Assembly (NCBI GenBank): GCA_965662115.1
Contig: CBFIGH010000013.1
Coordinates: forward strand, 11,914-75,913
Reading direction: 5' to 3'
Length of the DNA: 64,000 nucleotides
Source: Cyanobium sp.
GTDB lineage: Bacteria; Cyanobacteriota; Cyanobacteriia; PCC-6307; Cyanobiaceae
Shown: positions 54,301 through 63,212 of the stretch, in pieces
Layout: each line of letters begins with the position of its first letter
Numbering within the stretch: the first letter of the stretch is position 1
The notes under the pieces: generated by a model
Seen by the model: the letters and a program-made list of their open reading frames with translations, nothing else
Told to the model about the DNA's origin: nothing
The model's database searches: none
Made by a program: the position numbers and the translations under genes

Positions 54301-55368
54301 CTAGGACTTGGGGGGGTGGGACTCGCCGCGCTTCTCCAGCTGGCGCAAGGCTTTAGCGAGTTCAGGCAATTTGTTGAAGGTGGCGGAACAGCGAAGCCAG
54401 AGCCGGTTGGGGATGGCTGGATAGCCGCTCACCACCGCGCCGGCAGCCACCTCACCGTGGATCCCAGACTTTGAAGAGGCAATCGAGCCATCCCCCATCG
54501 AGGCCTTGTTGGCCAGGCCCACCTGGCCCGCCAGGATCACCCCATTGCCCAGCGTTGCTCCGCCGGCGATGCCCACCTGGGCCGCCAGGGCGCAGTCCTT
54601 GCCGATCCGAACGCCGTGGCCGATGTGCACCAGATTGTCGATCTTGGTGCCCGCTCCAATGCGGGTTTCGCCCACGGATGGCCTGTCGATGGTGCTGCCG
54701 CAGCCCACCTCAACGGCCTCTTCCAGAATCACCTGGCCGGTTTGGGGCATCTTGCGCCAGCCGAGGGCTGTCGGCACAAAGCCAAAGCCTTCGCTGCCGA
54801 TCACGGCATTGGAATGCACCACACAGGCTCCGGCCAGCCGACTACCGGAATGGAGTACGGCGCCGGCGTGGAGTTCGCAGCCCGCACCGATCTGCACGTC
54901 GTCGTAGATCACCACGCCGGGGTGGATCGTGCAGCTGACCCCAATCTGCACATCCGCTCCGATGACGGCATGGGCGCCGACATGGCTGCCCATGCCCACG
55001 ACGGCGCTGGGGTCGACCACGGCGCTGGGGTGGATGCCAGCCATCGGGCGGCGGCGGGGATGGAGGGCCTCGAGCGCTTCGGCGAAGCCCAGCCGGGGGT
55101 CGGCCAGGGCAACCCAGGCCAGGCCCCGCCCACTCGCCAGCTGCTGCAAGGCATCGGCCCCCTCGCCGCGGGCTGGGATCAGCACGGCACTCGCGCCGGT
55201 GTTGGCCAGGGCGGCCGCCAGGGCGTTGCCCGGCTCAAGGAAACTCAGCTGCCCGCTGCCGGCCTGGTCAAGGGCTGCGGCACCCTCAATGGCAGGGTCT
55301 GTGGCCAGGTGCCTGGGAGTGGCTTCGGTCACCTCCCCGAGCAGGCCGAGCAGTTCGCTGAAGCGCAT
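54301..55368 (-). CDS. lpxD: UDP-3-O-acylglucosamine N-acyltransferase
   Basis: Long run of hexapeptide repeats, plus the N-terminal MRFSELL...A domain typical of LpxD. Confidence 0.9.
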   Translation of the reverse strand: MRFSELLGLLGEVTEATPRHLATDPAIEGAAALDQAGSGQLSFLEPGNALAAALANTGASAVLIPARGEGADALQQLASGRGLAWVALADPRLGFAEALEALHPRRRPMAGIHPSAVVDPSAVVGMGSHVGAHAVIGADVQIGVSCTIHPGVVIYDDVQIGAGCELHAGAVLHSGSRLAGACVVHSNAVIGSEGFGFVPTALGWRKMPQTGQVILEEAVEVGCGSTIDRPSVGETRIGAGTKIDNLVHIGHGVRIGKDCALAAQVGIAGGATLGNGVILAGQVGLANKASMGDGSIASSKSGIHGEVAAGAVVSGYPAIPNRLWLRCSATFNKLPELAKALRQLEKRGESHPPKS

Positions 55369-55405
55369 TCCCAGGTGATCGGCCTGGTCGAATCGTAGGT
55401 CGGGC

Positions 55406-56509
55406 CTAGGAGCCGATCAGCACCAGGTGGTCCCGGTGCACCACCTCCACGCCGGCACAGCCGATCAGCTCCGCCAGCTCGCCGCTGCTCAAGCTGGCGA
55501 GTCCCCGGCCCAGTTCTCGCCCATCACTGGCCAGCAGCCGCACCGCCTCACGACGTCCAAACTGACCCTCCACCGCCCGCACCCCTACCGCCAGCAACGA
55601 GGCACCGTGATCGGTCAAGGCCCGCTCAGCGCCCGCGTCCACGTGCAGGGTGCCCTTGGGCAGCAGGGCATGGGCCAGCCAGCCCTTGCGGTTGGCCAGG
55701 GGGGTGGAGCTGGGTTGAAACAGGGTGCCGACCCGCTCGCCCGCCAGCAGGGCATCGAGCACGGCTGGGTCCCGTCCATCGGCCAGCCGCACCCGGATGC
55801 CGCTGGAGGTGGCGATCCGGGCGGCAGCCAATTTGGTGGTCATGCCGCCGGTTCCCCACTGGCTTCCGCTGCCGGCTGCGCCCTGAAGGCGATCGAGCTC
55901 GGCCAGGTTTGGCACCTCCTCGATCGGTTTGGCATCCCGATCGGTGCGGGGGTCGCCGGAGTAGAGCCGGTCCACGTCGGTGAGCAGAACCAGTTCATCG
56001 GCTCCGATCGCCACCGCGACAAGGGCTGAGAGCGTGTCGTTGTCACCGAACCTCAGTTCATCGGTGGCCAGGGTGTCATTTTCGTTGACCACCGGCACGA
56101 CCCCCCAGGCCAACAGTTGTTCCAGGGTGCGGCAGGCGTTCTGATAGCGCCGACGCGAGGCCAGGTCGCCGCGGGTGAGCAACACCTGGGCCACGGCCAG
56201 GCCCCGCACGGCGAAGGCGTCCTGGTACAACGCCATCAAGCGTCCCTGGCCAACGGCGGCGGCAGCCTGCAGGGCTACCACTTCGCTGGGCCGCTGCTGA
56301 AGCGCCATCGCCGTGCAGCCCAGCCCGACGGCCCCACTGGTGACCAGGGCGATGGCATCGCCGTTGCGTCGTTGGCGGCTGAGGCTGGCTGCCAGATCGG
56401 CGATCACAGCCGCTGTAGGGCGCTCCGTGCTGCCCCTCAACAGGCTCGTGCCCACCTTGATCACCCGCCGCAAACAGGCTTGGTTGGTGTGTTTCCTATC
56501 CGCCATCAA
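55406..56509 (-). CDS. proB: glutamate 5-kinase (with PUA domain)
   Basis: [31 protein letters not shown]-terminal PUA-like. Confidence 0.9.
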   Translation of the reverse strand: MMADRKHTNQACLRRVIKVGTSLLRGSTERPTAAVIADLAASLSRQRRNGDAIALVTSGAVGLGCTAMALQQRPSEVVALQAAAAVGQGRLMALYQDAFAVRGLAVAQVLLTRGDLASRRRYQNACRTLEQLLAWGVVPVVNENDTLATDELRFGDNDTLSALVAVAIGADELVLLTDVDRLYSGDPRTDRDAKPIEEVPNLAELDRLQGAAGSGSQWGTGGMTTKLAAARIATSSGIRVRLADGRDPAVLDALLAGERVGTLFQPSSTPLANRKGWLAHALLPKGTLHVDAGAERALTDHGASLLAVGVRAVEGQFGRREAVRLLASDGRELGRGLASLSSGELAELIGCAGVEVVHRDHLVLIGS

Positions 56510-57015
56510 CCCAGGGGGGCTCCCAGGCGTCGGGCCAGCAGCAGCTCGAGTTTTTGCAGCCGATCCCGCTGGCAGGGCTGGCCCAACGGATCGATCGGTT
56601 TGACCAGCACCGTGAACAGCCCCAACCGATTGCCGGCAATCACATCGGTAAAGAGCCGATCACCAATCAGGGCTACCTCGTGGTGGGGCAGTTTCAACTC
56701 GGCCATCACCCGGCGCAGGGCGCTGCGTCGGGGCTTGCCGGCCGAAATGGTGTAGGGCAAATTGAGTTGCTCAGCCACCGCCCCCACCCGCTTGCGCGAG
56801 GGGTTGTTGCTGAGCAGATGGATCGGCAGCTGCTGCTGGGCCCGTTTCAGCCACCCCAGAACGCTGACCGGCAATGCCGATTGACGTCGGGGCAGCAGGG
56901 TGCGGTCGACATCGAGCACCAGGGCCCGGATCGGTAGATCGAGCAGCTCCTGCAGGGGCAGCTCAGCCAGGGTGCAGTCCCTGAGCCAATTGGGGCGCAG
57001 CAACTGGCGCAGCAT
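56506..57015 (-). CDS. YqeG-family HAD-IIIA phosphatase
   Basis: LVLDVDRTLL, LLSNN, IGDRLFTDV. Confidence 0.75.
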   Translation of the reverse strand: MLRQLLRPNWLRDCTLAELPLQELLDLPIRALVLDVDRTLLPRRQSALPVSVLGWLKRAQQQLPIHLLSNNPSRKRVGAVAEQLNLPYTISAGKPRRSALRRVMAELKLPHHEVALIGDRLFTDVIAGNRLGLFTVLVKPIDPLGQPCQRDRLQKLELLLARRLGAPLG

Positions 57016-57626
57016 CAGCCGTCGGCCTCGCGATCATCCAGCTCGGCTTCAATTCGGGGTTGCACCCTTTCGAACTCCTCCCCCTCCACCAGCACCGCGA
57101 CCTCACCCTCCATGCGGGCGACAACAAAAAAGGGATCCAGGGGGATGTACAGGCCGTATTCGAGCTCGTCGGCCAGGAAGCTCACCAGCAGCTCGTAGGT
57201 CTCCGAATCGTCGTCGTCCCCGTCGTCATCGAGCTCATCGGGCTCGGGCTCGTCCAACTCACCACTCACGGTCAGGGTGACGGCGGAGCGCACCAGGGTG
57301 AGGTCATGCTCCTGAAGCACCACATCGGCCACCGACAGGATGGGTTCGGTGGCGTCAATGGTGTCAATCAGTTCCGGATCCTCGTCATCCTCCAGGCGGA
57401 ACAGGCAGACCGGGGTATCGACCGGGGTGAGCAACACATAATCGTGGCCATCCAGGGGGATCAGCTCCTCAAGGAAGCAGAGCAGTTGGCGACCTTGGCT
57501 GTCCTGCACGAGCACCGTGGGGACATCGGCGCCATCGCTGGGAATGTCGTTGGGGATGTTGTTGGGGGGATGGGACGGGGTGTCGGGGGTCATGCGCTCG
57601 GGATGGATCTCCTCAGGATGCTGCAA
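57015..57626 (-). CDS. acidic conserved-hypothetical protein (DUF1292/DUF3727-like)
   Basis: Repeated module xxLxxLEELIPLDGHDYVLLTPVD and YELLVSF..YGLYIPLDPFF. Asp/Glu-rich linker. Confidence 0.55.
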   Translation of the reverse strand: MQHPEEIHPERMTPDTPSHPPNNIPNDIPSDGADVPTVLVQDSQGRQLLCFLEELIPLDGHDYVLLTPVDTPVCLFRLEDDEDPELIDTIDATEPILSVADVVLQEHDLTLVRSAVTLTVSGELDEPEPDELDDDGDDDDSETYELLVSFLADELEYGLYIPLDPFFVVARMEGEVAVLVEGEEFERVQPRIEAELDDREADG

Positions 57627-58092
57627 CGCCGGCAGTCTGGCCGCCTGTGATGGCCGCCATCAGCACCGGTTCCGGGCCCTCCTGAAGCCATTGCTCAAGC
57701 AGCAGGGCCGCAGCGGCGCTGTCGAGGGCACCGCTGCGATCGCCGTGCAGGCCATGGAGCTCGGCGGCGGCCCAGCTGCTGGAGTGCTCGTTCACCCAGG
57801 CCAGGGGCAAGTTCAGATGGCAGGCGAGCCGTTGTCCGTAGCGTCGGCAGTGGCTGGCCTGGGGGGTGATCTGGCCGCCCTGGTCAAGGGGAAGTCCCAC
57901 CACCAGGGCGGTGACCTGCCTCTGGCGCACCAGGGCGACCAGCCGAGGCAGATCGCCGCTGAACCGTCCCCGGGCCAGCGGTGGCAGGGGAGTCACCGTC
58001 AGGCCGAGCCGATCACAACCCGCCAGTCCGATGCGGCGGCGACCCACATCGAGGGCCAACACGGATCGGGGCTGGGGGCCTGGCTGGGCCAC
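57613..58092 (-). CDS. ruvX: YqgF/RuvX-family putative pre-16S rRNA nuclease / Holliday junction resolvase-like
   Basis: VLALDVGRRRIGLAGCD, ALVVGLPL, NEHSSS. GTG 58092 overlaps the upstream stop (TAGTG). Confidence 0.8.
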   Translation of the reverse strand: MAQPGPQPRSVLALDVGRRRIGLAGCDRLGLTVTPLPPLARGRFSGDLPRLVALVRQRQVTALVVGLPLDQGGQITPQASHCRRYGQRLACHLNLPLAWVNEHSSSWAAAELHGLHGDRSGALDSAAAALLLEQWLQEGPEPVLMAAITGGQTAGVAAS

Positions 58093-59186
58093 TAGGGCGG
58101 TGACAGGGGTGTGGGCGTGGGCAGGGGCCGGCGGCGGGGCTGCCACTGAGCCAGGATCGCCTCGAGGCCACGGGCGGCCCGGGAGGGGCGTTTCAGCACC
58201 TGCCGCCGCCAGACACTGCGGGCCATGAGCACCCGTTCGCCCCGTTCGCTGGCTCCGTAGCGGGCCAGCCACTGCTGCAGGGCCTGCTGGCGCAGGTCGC
58301 AGCGCAACCAAAGGGGGGATCCGCCCCCCAGCCTGGTTTGGATCTGGCGAAGCAGCAGCTCGCTGGCCGAGCCCACCAGCTGCTCCCAGGCTGGGTGGAG
58401 GCTCAGTTCCACGTCGTGGCCGCCACCGGGATGGTCTCCGATCCAGCGCACGGCCGCCACCGCCTGTTCGCGACTGGCATCGACCAACATCCAGCCGCGG
58501 CCATGGCTTTGATCGAGCAGATCCTCGACCCGCCGATCCAGCAGCTGCCTCAATCGGGCCGAACAGGCGGCCTGTTCGAGGTGCCAGAGCAGGCCCGCGC
58601 TGCGGCGGTTTAAGGGGGTGAGCTGTAGGTCAGCGGGCAGGGACCATTGTGGGCCGGCTGGATCAGGGTTGGCCGTCCAGCACCAGAGCCGGTCTGTGCG
58701 CAGCGGCTGGAAACCCTGCTCCCGCAACATCGCCAGGCGGGCATCATCGAGGCTGGACGCGGTGGCGATCCAGCTGGCCGCTCCCCTGGCCTGTTGGATG
58801 GCCTCGCGAACCAAGGTGGAGGCCAGTTCAGGGCTGGCGTGCTCAGGGGCGAGGCGAAGGTGCTCGATCTGCCAGCAGCTGCCGCTGCGGTTGAGCCGGC
58901 GGGTGACAATCAGCCCGAGGGGGATCTGGCCGCTGAGGGCCACCAGCACCTGGGGGGCAAGGGAGGGCCTGGCCCGCAGGGCGTGCAGAAGCCGCTCGGG
59001 CAGGCCCAGCAGGATCGCCCGTTGAAGCAGGGGCTGCAGCGGCAGAAAGGTGGGGCTGTTGAGCAGGGGCAGATGCCAACCGGCCAGCGGCTCGAGCCGC
59101 CAGCTTTCTGGCACCGGCCGATCCGGCAAGGCCGAGCTGGCTGTGGGCGGTTGCAGGATCCCGAGCATGGGGGCGGGGTCTGACAC
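58092..59186 (-). CDS. conserved hypothetical protein, possibly tandem GNAT-like acetyltransferase fold
   Basis: Two halves of similar length, each with an acetyltransferase-like beta-alpha pattern (IEHLRLAPEH...LVREAI). Weak assignment. Confidence 0.45.
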   Translation of the reverse strand: MSDPAPMLGILQPPTASSALPDRPVPESWRLEPLAGWHLPLLNSPTFLPLQPLLQRAILLGLPERLLHALRARPSLAPQVLVALSGQIPLGLIVTRRLNRSGSCWQIEHLRLAPEHASPELASTLVREAIQQARGAASWIATASSLDDARLAMLREQGFQPLRTDRLWCWTANPDPAGPQWSLPADLQLTPLNRRSAGLLWHLEQAACSARLRQLLDRRVEDLLDQSHGRGWMLVDASREQAVAAVRWIGDHPGGGHDVELSLHPAWEQLVGSASELLLRQIQTRLGGGSPLWLRCDLRQQALQQWLARYGASERGERVLMARSVWRRQVLKRPSRAARGLEAILAQWQPRRRPLPTPTPLSPP

Positions 59187-59225
59187 CTGGACCCCAAGTG
59201 TATCGGCGCCAGCTCGGAGGAGTGA

Positions 59226-60440
59226 TCAGCGTGGGCGCACCAGAACCAGGGGCGTTCGTTCGTTGGCATTGCCAGCCGGGTTGGGCTTGAGGGCCCGCTC
59301 GAGCAGGGCCCCATCGCAGCCAGGGCTGGAGGCGAGCACCTTGACCCTGCCGAGGTCGTTGACATCCACCACCGCAACCGCAACGCCCAAGGCGGTGGCG
59401 GCGCGGGCACAGAAGGCGGCGGGCTGGTCTGGTCCCAACACGATGGTTTGGTCGTAGGGCGGGGTGGTGCCGGTGATGTCGTCGATCAGGCGGGCTTGCT
59501 CGCCGGCCAAGCGATAAAACCAGCCCTTGCTGCCGACCAGCTTCAGGCCCAGCCCGGCCATCCATGCCCCCAGCACCTGGGCTGGCCCCACCACATCGAT
59601 CAGGCTCTGCAGGCCGCAGGCCGTGGCCAGCGAGCTGGTGGGATGGAAGACACGGCAGAGCAGGCGGGCCAGCATGCTGGGCGCCACGTTGGCCGGATGC
59701 TGGTAGCGCCCCTGCATCACCGCCAGGGGGGTTTCGCCGATGGTGAGCACGTCACCGGGTTGGATCAGGCCGCCGGCGTAGCGTTGCAACACGGCCTCAG
59801 GATCGTCGAGCACCCCAAGTAGGTGGGTGCCCACCGCCAGCACCCTGCAGCGGTCGCCCTCGCGCCAGCGGGCCGCCTCGGCCGACAACGGAGCGGGCAT
59901 CTGCAGCGGCACCAACAAGCCATCCCGGCGCTGCAGCCGCCCGAATGGGCCGTAGTTGATCCAGAGAATCTCCAGCCAGAGCGTGTCGAGCAGATGGGGC
60001 TCGAATGGCTGGCCCATGGCGCCGGTCAGGCTGATGCGGATGCGGGCCTGGGTGCGTTTGTGCCCCTTGACGATGTAGGCGGCCCAGTAGCCATCCGGGC
60101 GGGTTTCCTCATCGGGATGGAGGGCCTCGATCCGACTCCTGACCGTGATGCCGCTGAGGTCGCCCCGGCCCAGCAGGGTGGGCTTGAGCTCGATTTCGGG
60201 CACCATCACCTCCATACGGCGGTGGGGATTGCTGATCGTCACCGTGCCATTGACCTCCAGGCCAGTGGCGCTGGCCTCCACGGTGAATGAACCCACCTGC
60301 AGCCGCAACGGGGAGGCAGGCCGCAGGCGGTGGCGCAACTCCAGCCACACCAGGCTCAGGCCCAGCAGCAGGGCCAGCACCAGCAGGAGGTTCAAGGCGA
60401 AAAGGACCATGGGCGTTGGAGCCAAATTGCGACTGGGCAA
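59226..60440 (-). CDS. membrane-anchored CofE-like (F420-0:gamma-glutamyl ligase family fold) protein
   Basis: N-terminal TM helix, then a beta-rich segment. The C-terminal half has PGDVLTIGETPLAVMQGR, AVAVVDVNDLGR, TPLVLVRP, resembling CofE landmarks. Confidence 0.5.
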   Translation of the reverse strand: MPSRNLAPTPMVLFALNLLLVLALLLGLSLVWLELRHRLRPASPLRLQVGSFTVEASATGLEVNGTVTISNPHRRMEVMVPEIELKPTLLGRGDLSGITVRSRIEALHPDEETRPDGYWAAYIVKGHKRTQARIRISLTGAMGQPFEPHLLDTLWLEILWINYGPFGRLQRRDGLLVPLQMPAPLSAEAARWREGDRCRVLAVGTHLLGVLDDPEAVLQRYAGGLIQPGDVLTIGETPLAVMQGRYQHPANVAPSMLARLLCRVFHPTSSLATACGLQSLIDVVGPAQVLGAWMAGLGLKLVGSKGWFYRLAGEQARLIDDITGTTPPYDQTIVLGPDQPAAFCARAATALGVAVAVVDVNDLGRVKVLASSPGCDGALLERALKPNPAGNANERTPLVLVRPR

Positions 60441-60505
60441 GAACCGCTGGAGCGTAAGTGCGCCATTGGCTTTAGCTTCGCGCCATAGCGATCTCCCTGC
60501 CCGGC

Positions 60506-61885
60506 ATGCGCAAAACCTTCGTGCTCGACACCAATGTGTTGCTGCACGATCCCGCCGCCCTGACCCGCTTTGAAGACAACAACATCCTGATCCCGATTGA
60601 GGTGGTCGAGGAGATCGACCGGTTCAAGCGGGACCCAGCCGAGAAGGGCCGCAACGCCCGCCAGGTGTCGCGGCTGCTGGATGGGTTACGCACCCAGGGA
60701 AACCTGGCCGACGGTGTGGCGAATGGGGACCAGGGCGGCACCCTCAAGGTGGTGTTCTGTCGCAGTGAAACCCTCAGCCAGCTGCCACCGGAGCTGAAGG
60801 GGGGCAATGGAGACAACAACATCTTGGCGGTGGCCCTCGAGGAGCAGCGCTTGCAAGCGGTGCTGGGCAGCCACCCACCGGTGATCCTGGTCACCAAGGA
60901 CACCAACCTGCGCATCAAGGCCGATGCGGTCGGCCTGATCGCCCAGGACTACACCAGCGACCGGGTGGATATCGGTGATCTCTATCCCGGCTTCTGCGAG
61001 CTGTGGGTCAGTGCCGACCAGATGGATCAGGTCAAGTTTCCCCCTGGGCTCTCTGTGGAGGGGCTGGCGGCCGAGGGTCCACTGCTGGCCAATGAGGGGG
61101 TGACCCTGGTCAACCAGCTCCAGCCGGCCCACACCCTGCTGGCTCGCTTCAACGGCAGAACCCAGACCCTGCAGCCCCTGCAACGGGCGCCGAAGGCCAA
61201 GCTCGGCCGGATCCAGCCCCGCAACCGGGAGCAGACCTTTGCCCTGGATCTATTGCTGGATCCCGAAATTCAGCTGGTCACCCTGGTGGGCAAGGCGGGC
61301 ACCGGCAAGACCCTGCTCGCCCTGGCCGCAGGCCTGCATCAGGTGGCGGATGAACGCCTCTACGAGCGGCTACTGGTCACCCGTCCGGTGATTTCGCTCG
61401 GTAAGGAGATTGGCTTCCTGCCTGGCGATCTGGAGGAAAAAATGGGCCCCTGGATGCAGCCGATCATCGACAACCTCGACTACTTGCTCGGCGGCGCTGG
61501 TGAGGAGGAGGGCCGCAGTAGCCGCGGCGGCAGCCACCGGGGGCCGCGCAGCAATTGGACCGATCTCAAGGGCATGGGTTTGCTGGAGGTGGAGGCGATC
61601 AGCTACATCCGTGGCCGCTCGATTCCCCGCCAGTACATGGTGGTGGATGAGGCCCAGAACCTCACCCCCCACGAGGTGAAAACGATCGTGACCCGGGTCG
61701 GCGAGGGCACCAAGATTGTGCTTACCGGCGATCCTTACCAGATCGACAATCCCTATGTGGACGCCGAGAGCAACGGCCTCACCTGGCTGGTGGAGCGGTT
61801 CAAGGGCCAGCCGCTCGCTGGCCATGTGACCCTGCTGCGGGGTGAGCGCAGCGAGCTGGCTGAGCTGGCGGCCAATCTGCTGTGA
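60506..61885 (+). CDS. PIN-domain / PhoH-like ATPase (YlaK type)
   Basis: FVLDTNVLLHD (PIN), [13 protein letters not shown] (Walker A), VVDEAQN, LTGDPYQID. Confidence 0.9.
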   Translation: MRKTFVLDTNVLLHDPAALTRFEDNNILIPIEVVEEIDRFKRDPAEKGRNARQVSRLLDGLRTQGNLADGVANGDQGGTLKVVFCRSETLSQLPPELKGGNGDNNILAVALEEQRLQAVLGSHPPVILVTKDTNLRIKADAVGLIAQDYTSDRVDIGDLYPGFCELWVSADQMDQVKFPPGLSVEGLAAEGPLLANEGVTLVNQLQPAHTLLARFNGRTQTLQPLQRAPKAKLGRIQPRNREQTFALDLLLDPEIQLVTLVGKAGTGKTLLALAAGLHQVADERLYERLLVTRPVISLGKEIGFLPGDLEEKMGPWMQPIIDNLDYLLGGAGEEEGRSSRGGSHRGPRSNWTDLKGMGLLEVEAISYIRGRSIPRQYMVVDEAQNLTPHEVKTIVTRVGEGTKIVLTGDPYQIDNPYVDAESNGLTWLVERFKGQPLAGHVTLLRGERSELAELAANLL

Positions 61886-61895
61886 GCTGGCTTCT

Positions 61896-63212
61896 TCAGC
61901 CGTCCAGGCCGGTGCGCCGCTCCCAGGGGGGCACCTCAGAGCGGTGCTGCTGCCATTGCCGCCGTCTGAGGCGCTCATAGGCCTGGCAGAACTCCTCGCC
62001 GAGACCCTGCCGCAACCGGGTATCCGCCGCGAAAGCATCGAGGGCTTCACCGAGGCTGTTGGGAAGCTGTCCGGCGGCACTGGCTGGCAGTGGCTCGGCG
62101 TCGTTGTTGTTGTCGTGGCGGGGGCCCGGATCAAGCTGGCGTTCGATGCCATCGAGGCCGGCGGCCAGCACCGCCGCCTGCAGCAGGTAAGGGTGGGCGG
62201 CGCCGTCGGGCAGGCGCAGCTCCAGGCGCTGGTCATCGGGGATGCGCACCATGTGGGTGCGGTTGTTGCCGCTGTAGCTGATGCTGCCTGGGCTCCAGGT
62301 GGCACCGGAACTGGTGGGGGGTGCGGCCAGACGCCGGTAGCTGTTCACCGTGGGATTGGTGAGGCAGCAGAGGGCTGGGGCATGGGCCAGTAGCCCGGCC
62401 AGGAAGTGGTAACCCAGGCTCGAGATCCCCAGCTCCCCGGCCGGATCGTGAAACAGGTTGCGTCCAGCCTGGGGGCTGCCGGCCGCGCCCCAGAGCGAGA
62501 GGTGGGTGTGGCAGCCGTTGCCGGTGAGTGCGGCGAAGGGTTTGGGCATGAAGCTGGCCCGCAGCCCCTGCTGCTCAGCCAGGGATTTCACCATGATCTT
62601 GAAAAAGGCGTGACGATCGGCGGTGGTGAGTGCGTTGGCGAAGGTCCAATTGAGCTCGAACTGGCCGTTGGCGTCCTCGTGGTCGGCCTGGTAAGGCCCC
62701 CAGCCCAGTTGGTGCATGGCTTCAAGCAGGGGCCCGATCAGGGGGTAGCGGCGCATCAGGGCGAGCTGGTCGTAGCAGGGCTTCTCCTGGCTGTCCGCCC
62801 GATCAGCAATGCGCTCCCCCGTGGGATCGAGCAGGAAGAATTCGGCTTCCACGCCGCTGCGCAGCTCGTAGCCGAGCCCGGCGGCCCGCTCCAGCTGCAG
62901 GCGCAGCAGGCGGCGCGGGCATTGCCCCATCGGCTGGCCCTTGGCATGCAGCTCGGCAGCCACCCAGCCCACATCCGGCTGCCAGGGAAGCGGCGTCAGG
63001 CTGGCGGCGGCGGGGATCGCCATCACATCGCCATCGGCGGGGGAGAGATCCAACCAGGCCGCAAAACCGGCAAAGCCCGCCCCGTCGCGGGCCATCCCAG
63101 CCACGGCGGAGGCGGGCACGAGCTTGGCCCGCTGGATGCCGAACAGATCGGTGAAGGAGATCAGCAGGAATGTCAGCTGCAGGTCCTGCACCTGCTGGAC
63201 GAGATCAGGCAT
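61896..63212 (-). CDS. glutamine synthetase-family (type I-like) ligase of unknown substrate
   Basis: GVEAEFFLL, GDNGNGCHTHLSLW-type motif (LTGNGCHTHLSLW), NRTHMVRIP, LELRLPDGAAHPYL. Confidence 0.8.
   Translation of the reverse strand: MPDLVQQVQDLQLTFLLISFTDLFGIQRAKLVPASAVAGMARDGAGFAGFAAWLDLSPADGDVMAIPAAASLTPLPWQPDVGWVAAELHAKGQPMGQCPRRLLRLQLERAAGLGYELRSGVEAEFFLLDPTGERIADRADSQEKPCYDQLALMRRYPLIGPLLEAMHQLGWGPYQADHEDANGQFELNWTFANALTTADRHAFFKIMVKSLAEQQGLRASFMPKPFAALTGNGCHTHLSLWGAAGSPQAGRNLFHDPAGELGISSLGYHFLAGLLAHAPALCCLTNPTVNSYRRLAAPPTSSGATWSPGSISYSGNNRTHMVRIPDDQRLELRLPDGAAHPYLLQAAVLAAGLDGIERQLDPGPRHDNNNDAEPLPASAAGQLPNSLGEALDAFAADTRLRQGLGEEFCQAYERLRRRQWQQHRSEVPPWERRTGLDG

Noticed and set aside
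157-57743. HIP1-like GCGATCGC octamers (noticed at 157, 2438, 6821, 10186, 21424, 49992 and 57736; there may be more)
   Set aside because: The count is only modestly above what I would roughly expect in GC-rich DNA, and I could not count rigorously by eye. This needs a proper k-mer enrichment test before any claim.
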